The notes under the pieces are model-generated. The model had not been told where the DNA came from. It was given only the letters and a program-made list of their open reading frames with translations, and did no database searches. The position numbers and the translations under genes are program-made. 20,000 nucleotides of DNA, taken from assembly GCF_000711695.1 (NCBI RefSeq), contig NW_013547012.1, positions 240,436 through 260,435 on the forward strand, given 5' to 3'. Origin of the DNA: Tilletiaria anomala UBC 951 (Eukaryota). Below, piece by piece: positions 1 to 10,652 of this stretch. Numbering within the stretch: position 1 is the stretch's first letter; the number at the start of each line of letters is the position of its first letter.

Positions 1-1064
1 CTGCCGTTTGTTTATCAGCATCACCTCAAACGCTTCTTGCGATGGTGAATTCGCTTGGCTTTGATCCCTGAGTGCGGTTAATGTGGGCTGCAAGTCTTGA
101 ATAGCTCGCCAGTACTGGTTCATCGCCAAGTCGAACGACGGATCGTTCACAGGCGGGTTCTGAACCGGTGTCTGGGCAAACACCGGGGGCAGTTCGGTTA
201 ACATCAACACCTTCTGGGTCCTCGAAGTCTGGAAGTATGGAACGAGCCCCCTGATCGCCACGAGTTTCCGGTACATCATCTCCATTAGGCGTTCTAGGAA
301 GTACAGCTCTTGCTCAGGGCCTTCATCAGGTTATTTGTATTGTAAGCATTTCTTTGGATCCGGAGCCTTGCGCGAGCTGTTGAAGCCTTGCAGAAGTTCG
401 ACCAGTGAATCTGTGATATCAAAACCTATGTACCCCTCAGAAATTTCTGCCATCCGATCCGATGGTTCTATATCAACCCCCATGAAAGAGTCCGCGCAGT
501 GGGTTTTGTTCTACCCTAGATCATCCACAAGAGGCTCTGAGACGGTACTGGGAAGCAAAAGAGCATTTTGAGTGACTCTGTATACTCTCTCACAGTTGGA
601 GAAGATGCCATTGATGACTTACACAGCTGCAGAAAAACTCGCATTGCTTCCCGACACGACCCATTTATAGATTCTACGGTTTCTACATCCCTCGACGCAT
701 CCGCGATGACATCGAGCTCAGCAGTCTTGCCGGGGGAGCTCTCGGAGGCTCGGCAGGTGCTTCAGGATCGGCTCGAGATCTTTGCGATAGTTAACGATAT
801 TCTTGATGAAAGTATCTTCCCAGCGCCGTCGGCTCCGTCTTCCTACTTTGTCCCACCCTCCTTCCAGATATACCCCGCTCATTGCTCCTCGGTGGATCTG
901 TCGGCAACGGCGGCCTCTTCTGGTGACATCGCTCTCGGCTTTGCATCTTCCTTGTTCCCCGCCTTGGGTCCGCAAAGATCCACTCCTTCGGTCATCCGTA
1001 GAAGCCCTAGCCATATAGATTTTCGGACCACCATTGCCAGCGGACTTGTACATGGAACACTCAA
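1..1064 (-). pseudogene. Possible decayed or partial protein-coding sequence of unknown family, continuing off the left edge
   Basis: On the minus strand one frame is open from 330 to 1 (PDEGPEQELYFLERLMEMMYRKLVAIRGLVPYFQ...NQYWRAIQDLQPTL...). Upstream, the same frame has protein-like text broken by TAA (333-331) and TAG (513-511). Protein-like fragments occur in shifted frames at 718-1064. No recognisable domain; unrecognised introns cannot be excluded. Confidence 0.3.
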
Positions 1065-2070
1065 ATGTATTGCAAGCCTTTGGGCGGAAGCTCCACCCGA
1101 CGTAAGAAGCTACGGACGTGAATAACAGACAACAAACAGATCAAGCGCCAGAGGCTGAAGAAGAAACCCCATGGGAGAAGTGCGATTTCACTCAGCATCT
1201 TCCCCGCAAATACAGGCGCATGGCCTTCAGGATTTCACCTTGCATCATCCCAGGCTCTAGGGGGTATGCATCTTATGCGCAGATTTTGTAATGATTTCTC
1301 TGATGAGGCTTGTCAGCGGAGGCATAGGTCGCTGGGCCTTCTTGTGAGCCTCAAGATGATGATCCTGTTAAGCATAGGGCGAGGCTTCAAGACGTCGCCT
1401 GCTCTTTGAAATTGCGAGCTTCGTCAGGCTCAAACCCAAGTATCTGAGAGTAGCATGCCATGCTTGCCGATAATGCGGACCGCCCTTGTTCCCATATTTG
1501 CCGTTCACATGTTCATTATTCATGCGTTCACCGTTGACCAATATTCGCTGTCACGAACGAGCAGGTGCTGGCTCACCGAGTGCGCATTGCGCTTGAGTTC
1601 AGCACGACTGCTTTGGAGGGCATTTGCTCCCTGGAATCCGCAAGCATGTGAACACAAGGCGCCGGAAATTGCAGATCAATCAGTGTATCAGATGTTAGCA
1701 TGTGTATGTCCCAGATGCATACCGAAGGACACCCAGTCCAAGACGAGAACCTTATTTTCGGCTCGAAAAAAGAACTAATTAAGCATATAAAAATTATGAA
1801 AAGCGGGGTTAAGGAGCCCGGAAAAATGTACTAGAATCCTATTGCGGTGAATAGCCGGCGACATAGGTCCAGGGCCGTCTCCGGATAAAACCCCCACCTC
1901 AACTCCCATACAAGCACAAATGGAACATACTATCAAGCAAGAACACCATCGGCAACGCACTACCAGTCAGTCACCAGTATGTGTACAAGAGCAGTCCCAT
2001 TTTTTAATTCCACACTCTCCCTCTCCATACCTCCATCACCGGCCATGAACGTCGATGGATTGCTCGAGCC

Positions 2071-4082
2071 ATGATCACGAGCAAGCCAAGCGCAGGTGGA
2101 CACACGCCATTTGTTGTAGAGTCTTGTCGAGACTCAAGATCCATGCTCTCATCTGGACGTGACCTCGACACTCGATTGTTCAACGCCCACGGCGAGGCGG
2201 AGGATCCTAGGGCTTCGGTTTCACCATCATCTTCGGTACATTCATTGCATTTTGTGTAGCTAGCAATCGGTAACGAACCGCTCCACTGCTTTTCCAACCC
2301 CGAAAAAAAAGATGCGCCACGCAGCGGAGGAGCAGAGCCGAGACACAACGGACGCCCGCGTACGACCCTCCGACGTTCTGCCTGTCTTCAGCGCAGGTGT
2401 CACCGCTGTCGGTGTCATCGACATGGTGGCAGAGCGCCAAGTGAACCTCGGCCTTGCCAAGCCGCAAAATGCGGGGGGCAAAAATGATATTACTGATCAC
2501 GTGAACGACAGACCTGCGACTATAGCTGATCAAGACAGCGAGAAAAGCAGCCCAGTCGAGTCTCAAGAGCCCAGCTTTCCAGACGGAGGCTGGAGGTGCG
2601 ATATACCCGTTGATCGTAAAGCAGTTCCAGATCGGCCTGGCTCACCATTGCTTCTTCCAATTCCATCAGGGCATGGTCGGTGGTCGCTGGCTGTGGTCTC
2701 ATCTATTTTAGTGCGTCATACCCTCCAAGATCACACACCTTCGCGTTCCAATGACTAATGCAATACTTTTTCAGGTACTTTTGGACTCTACGTCGGTCAG
2801 AGCGCGGTCCTTCAGGAGTACTTCACTACAGAGCTGCTGCGTGACAAGTCCAATTCGCAGGTCGCATGGATCACGTCCTTCCAAGTCTTCCTGCTGTACG
2901 CCAGCGGGTTATTCACAGGGCGTCTGTTTGACGCTGGGTATTGCCGCCACATGATGCTCACGTCCATGGTTCTCATGGTGCTCTGCCAAATGTGTGTTTC
3001 GCTATGCACCGAGTACTACCAACTCTTCCTTGCACTCAGCGTTGGCGCCGGGCTGCCGATGGGCATCCTGTTTAACACCGTACATAATCGGCTTGCAAAG
3101 TATGCTCTCTCTGCGAGCATAATGCTGATTACCTGGTGTTTCGCTTTCTTCTCCTACAGACCAGCGTGATCCCGACGCAATGGTTCTTCAAGAAGCGGGC
3201 ATTTGTCATCTCCATCGTCGTCTCCAGCAGCTCCGCGGGTGGTGTCATATGGCCAATTGCACTCTCACATCTCATTCGGGACATAGGCTTCCCATGGACC
3301 ATGCGCTTCGTCGGGTTCCTTCTCATGCTCCTGTTCGCCGTTGCCTTCCTACTGATCAAGACGCGCCTCCCGCCAAAAGGCATAGAAAAGGGGCAAAATG
3401 TGCTGCTCAGCCTGTTAGACGTCCAAAGCTTCTACAACCCTGCCTTCGTATTGCTCGTTGCAGGCGTGTGTCTCGCTGTTTTTGGGTTCTACATCCCATA
3501 CCAGTATCTTTCGATCTATGCTTGCGACAAAGGGTTGCCTCTTGGGTCCTACTATGTGTCTATTCTCAATGCTGTAGGTGGCGTTGCGGCTCCTGCGCGA
3601 CCAGCAAGACCATGCTTACTGACGCTCCAATCAATCTGCAGTCATCAACAATTGGGCGCATAGGACCTGGCCTTTTAGCCGATCGGTACGGTCGGCTGAA
3701 TGTCCTAGTTCCTTTCGTCGCCCTCACCGCTCTTATGGTACTCATCATGTCGGCCTGCACGACGCACACCAGTCTGGTCGTCTACTGCATATTCTTTGGC
3801 ATTTGCGGTGGCTCGTTCATCGGCCTATGGATATCCAGTGCTGCTCAGTTCGGCCCAACGCACAGCATAGGCGCGCGATTAGGAACGATCATGTTCATCG
3901 TTGCGTTCCCTGCGGTCGTCGGCACGCCCATCGCTGGCGCCATCCTCGGTGACGGGCAGCAGCTCCCCTATCGCTGGTGGCCCATGACCGCGTACGGCGG
4001 AGGTCTCGGCTTCATAGGTGCTGGGCTCATCGCCCTGGCGCGATGGAAGGCGAGCAAACAAGCGAAATCTTGGCTAGTTTGA
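2071..4082 (+). CDS. MFS transporter, monocarboxylate porter (MCT/Mch-like) family
   Basis: Exons 2312-2595, 2670-2710, 2775-3079, 3160-3573 and 3642-4082 splice in frame via GT-AG introns to give 494 aa. Family motifs: PDGGWRAWSVVAG, AWITSFQ, GRLFDAG, QWFFKKRAF, GFPWTMR, GRIGPGLLADRYGR. The start is uncertain: an upstream exon 2071-2235 with intron 2236-2311 joins in frame to ATG 2312. Confidence 0.9.
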
Positions 4083-4841
4083 CCCTTTGGCCATCCTTCT
4101 GCCTCAGCATTGCACGGTGGATTTATAACAAGCTGCAATGCCTCATCTGTGCCCTCTTCCATGCAGTTTTCCACACATGCTGTACCATAGAGGTCTTCTT
4201 CGATTTACGCAGCTTTCAATTGCAAGCCTCTGATCTAAGGGTCTGAGGGTCTGTCGGTAACTTTAACGCGATCTGTTGATGAGATGTGAGCGGGTTCAAA
4301 GCGGCGGATGGCGGCGCAGCAGTCTCTCTAAAGCTACTGCCTGCCGGCCGAGAATTACTTCTCGGTCTCCATGCGCGTCTGTAGAGAGTTGGGGCACGCA
4401 GACCCATGTTTGATCTTCATGGTTCACGACTAGCTTTCGTTCTTCATGCTCACCACACCGCTTGATTTCTTCCAGTCTGAGTTGGCCGCAAGGAACTTGC
4501 CAGGTGGTTCGCTGAATGCTGTAAGCTCAAGCCGCTGAGGACACCTCCAAGAGGCCATTCGCGCACAGCTGTCTTTCTTTTGTTGGGGTGGCCGCCTCGC
4601 GCGGCAGTTGATGCGCCGCGGTGCCGTCGCAATCAGTTCCTCACTTGAATCGAGCTTACAGTTTCGCCTTGGACCGAGTCTCGCAGTCGCAACGTCTGCT
4701 GTATCCGCAGTTGTGCATCGCACGATACGCTTTGTCACAGCCTCCTTTCCACCGACTCCATTGCTGCTTGCAAGTGGACTCCCTCAGGAATCAGGACGTG
4801 CTACCACTTGACATCTATTGCAGTCCGGCTTTTCAGACACC

Positions 4842-7134
<2,293 letters not shown>

Positions 7135-7239
7135 TTCACTAGCTATCCACGAGATCGCATGCTCGCTCGTCCTACCATTCCCTACCTTGCACCGCGCAAT
7201 GGATGTATTGTACTTGGTAATTACAAAAATGTAGCAAAT

Positions 7240-8186
7240 TCAGAGGCGTTTGGCGATCTGAATCGCACCTTTGCAGCCATAGCCAACAATCGCGCTTAGC
7301 AACGCATGCGCGGGAGCCTGTTGAGCGTCGTGCTCGACGGCAGTGTCCAAGTGTTCGAGCTCGTCATCTCGGAACTCGGTGATGACCTCAGAGAGAAGCG
7401 GAAGAGAAGGATGGAGGCCGGATGTTGGGCACCCTGGCCCTGACGTATCTGATTCCCTCGCTGACTGTGAATGGTCCATGACCGGCGATGGCGGGGTTTG
7501 GGTGGTGATTTTGCGCAGATGCACGAGTTGGCTGAGGCAACCAAGCTGAATCGTCAGCACAGTCAGCGCGAAAGCTCAGAGCTGAATACTCACTCCTCAT
7601 AGTGTTCTCCGATTACGGTTTCGACTGCTTCAGTGCACGCCATTGCTGCTTCCTTTCCTATAAGCGCTGTTGCCGCACCAAGTATCTTTCCTGCAAGACT
7701 CCAGACCGGAAGCAAAGCTGACGGTCGCGTCCGATGTTGGGCGAGGAGCATCTCTGCAACCTTAAGGTGCTTTTTTTCCGTATCCCACATATCGAGCATC
7801 ATCTTCTTAGTCTTTGTATCTCCTAGAAGACCAAATACGTTCGCCTGCGCTTGATAGATAGTGTTTGCAGCAATTTCGCCGGCGTGGTCGACTCTGAGCA
7901 TGCCTTCAAGAGCATCGCGGTCGGCTGGTGAAAGGTTCATTGGTGTCTCTCGGGTTGCTCGGTCGCGCTCACTAGTGGATGGCATAGAAGCGGCTCCCTT
8001 GGACCCAGCCGAGCCTGGAGAGGAGTAGAAGGTTGAAGTATAAGCGGAGGATGCGAGCGGCTGAGCACTAACATGGGGCTTTGTGGAGTGCCATCGTTGG
8101 GAGAAGAAAGCTCGGGAGACGGTTGAACCACGGAGCCTCCACGGGAGGAGGGCCACGCGTGCGCAGGACGCACAGGTCGGTGTCAT
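7240..8186 (-). CDS. COQ7: 5-demethoxyubiquinone hydroxylase (di-iron), mitochondrial
   Basis: Exons 8186-7594 and 7531-7240 (intron 7593-7532, GTGAGT..CTCAG) give 294 aa. Motifs: LRVDHAGEIAANTIYQAQ, AMACTEAVETVIGEHYEDQL, EFRDDELEHLDTAVEHDA. The Arg/Ser-rich N-terminus looks like a mitochondrial presequence. An in-frame upstream ATG at 8294 is an alternative start. Confidence 0.95.
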
Positions 8187-8538
8187 GTTCAATGGTAACG
8201 TCTCAGGAAGAGAGAACGGCCATACGGACGATAGACTTGCCCTGCAAAAGGTGCTGAGGGGGATGGAAATGGTAGCAGTGGTGAAAGGACCCATGACAGC
8301 GAGTGTCGGATCACTTTCCTAATAATCAAAGTGATAAGTGTGACGTATGGTGTACGAATTCGCGCTGCTACTGGCATGTTTGATAGCACCGAGTCCCCTC
8401 ACTTTACATAACTTGGTGTCATTCATAGCGTGAGAGCCCCACTGCAATCCTTGGAGCTCTGAGAAAGAGACTCGACCTTTTTCTATTGCACAGGTGTCAT
8501 GACAAGCGCATCGGGAACACCTGCTTGAACTAGGCTCC
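8187..8538. promoter_or_regulatory. Short divergent (bidirectional) promoter region between COQ7 and crtI
   Basis: 352 bp between two outward-facing ATGs. Contains ATF/CREB-like GTGACGTAT (8340-8348) and TTACATAAC (8404-8412). Confidence 0.55.
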
Positions 8539-10537
8539 ATGTCAGCCAATAGCGTAGGACATCGCAATGCAACTGGTGCGCGACGGGCCAACGGCGGTAG
8601 TGCTTTCGCAAGCAGTGCGACTTCCAGCAATTCTGGGCCCAAGCAAGTTGTGATCATTGGCGCAGGAATTGGTGGGTGTGCAATGGCTGCGAGGCTCGGG
8701 AAACTCGGTTACAAGGTCACCGTCTTCGAAAAGAACGAGTTTAGTGGCGGACGATGCTCACTCATTCACGCAAATGGGCACAGATGGGACCAAGGTCCTT
8801 CCCTGTATCTCATGCCTGAGCTATTCGAACGAGCTTTCAAAGACCTGGGCGAAGATGTCAAGAATCACTATGCGCTTCACACCTGCAACCCAACATATAA
8901 TATCCACTTTGCAGACGGTGAAAAGTTCACGCTCACGCCCAACTTGGCCGAGATGGGACCGCAGCTCGAGCGCTTGGAAAGGCCAGAAGGTGTCAACGAC
9001 CCACTTGGAAACTTTATCAAGTTCCTGAAGGAGGCAGGGGAGCACTACGAAGAGAGCATCGAGCATGTCCTCCTTAAGGACTGGAGTGTTAGCCCGTTGT
9101 CGCTGCTGCGGATTGAGCTTCTCCTGATGCTGTGGAGGACCAAAGCCCTGCGTGTCTATCGAAGCCTCTACGGTCGGGCGAGGTGAATCGAATCATTCGG
9201 GACGGGAAGATTTTGTGAACAAGCCTCAATATGATTCTTTGTTCTCCTGCAGTAACTTCTTCCGCAGCTCTCATGTTCGACAAGCGATGACATTCAGCTC
9301 GATGTTCATGGGCATATCACCGTTCCGTGCGCCAGCCACTTACTCGCTCCTCCAATATGCAGAAAACTCAAAGGGCGTGCTATATCCCATCGGCGGGTTC
9401 CACAAGGTCGTCGAGTCGCTGGAGAAAATCGCCAACAAGAAATTCGGGGTCGAATTCCGATATAACGCCGGCGTCAAGAAAGTCTTACCGAACTTGCAAT
9501 GTCCAGGACGGGTGCTCGGTGTTGAGCTTGACTCGGGCGAGGAGGTCAAAGCAGACTTAGTCGTGTGCAATGCTGACTTGGTTTGGGCTTATAACAAGTG
9601 AGTCTCATTCTTCCACACCTGAAAATGGCACGCGCTGATCGGCATATGTGTCGCCAGCTTGCTTCCGGAAAGTTCGTACAGCCAGGGCCTCCGAAAGCTC
9701 GAACAGACTTGCTCTTCTTTCTCTTTCTACTGGGCATTGAAGGAAACTGTCCTAGAGCTATCAGGCCACAATATCTTCCTGGCCGACCAATATCAAGAAT
9801 CCTTCGACGAAATCTTCGACAAAGGCGAATTACCTTCTCAGCCTTCTTTCTACGTCAACGTTCCCTCACGTCTAGACCCGACGGCCGCACCACCAGGGAA
9901 GGACACGCTTGTCGTGCTAGTCCCATGCGGCCTGCTACGCGCGGACAACACGCCCGGTGTGGCTGACACACACGAGGAGCTTGAGCGCTTAAAGGAACGT
10001 GCTAGGCGGCAAATAATCGAGGCAATCAGCAAACGCCTCAATCGCCCAGACTTTGAGAGCCTCATCGAACACGAAATCGTGAATGACCCCTTCACATGGA
10101 AAGAAAAGTTTAATCTGTTCAGAGGCAGTATACTAGGATTGAGCCACTCAATTATGCAAGTTCTCTACTTCCGGCCCTCTACTCAGTGAGTTTTGAGCAC
10201 AGATTGTTGACGAGAATGGAGGATTGACCAACCTAGTTCGCATCTCCACAGGCATTCATACTATCGCAACCTTTTCTTTGTCGGCGCTTCAACCCAGCCA
10301 GGGACGGGCGTGCCTGTCGTTGTTGCGGGTACTGAAGTGATCGCCAAAAAGGCCGACCGTTTCCTGCGCGGCTACGACACATCATACACAAAAGAGTACA
10401 TTGCCATCCTTATCTTATTAAGTATGTTTAGCTGGCTCGTTGTATGGATCTTCAATCTCACGCCCAAAACGTTTGACAAAGAAGGACTTGTGCGCGCCGT
10501 CGCAGCCGAGGCAGCGAAGTCAACCTCCGCCCTCTGA
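8539..10537 (+). CDS. crtI: Phytoene desaturase (CrtI/CarB/Al-1 family), intact
   Basis: Exons 8539-9182, 9253-9597, 9658-10185 and 10252-10537 with canonical GT-AG introns give 600 aa with no internal stop. FAD-binding VIIGAGIGG...EKNEFSGGRCS, WDQGPSLYLMP, ATYSLLQYAE, YPIGGF, SFYVNVPSRLDPTAAPPGKD, GSILGLSH, LFFVGASTQPGTGVP, and a C-terminal hydrophobic segment. Confidence 0.95.
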
Positions 10538-10652
10538 TGTAAAGTAACTGAATGTAACATCCTCAAGCCTAGGAGCGTTGACACGGCGCACTCTACCATC
10601 GTCAGTCTCTTTTACCGTGACCTTGCTCGAAAGCCCCTTGTATCAAACATGT

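Noticed and set aside
568..1125. 185-aa plus-strand ORF
   Set aside because: Starts at a non-ATG codon, is Ser/Pro-rich with no motif, and looks like an antisense shadow of the minus-strand relic.
1300..1360. Hammerhead ribozyme (CTGATGA followed by a stem)
   Set aside because: The required GAAA after stem II is absent (the sequence reads GAGCC-TCAAG), and stems I and III cannot be formed convincingly.
7388..7500. Ser/Pro-rich insert in COQ7 exon 2 as an unspliced intron or inserted element
   Set aside because: It is in frame with no clear splice signals and is consistent with a variable loop before HPSLPLL.
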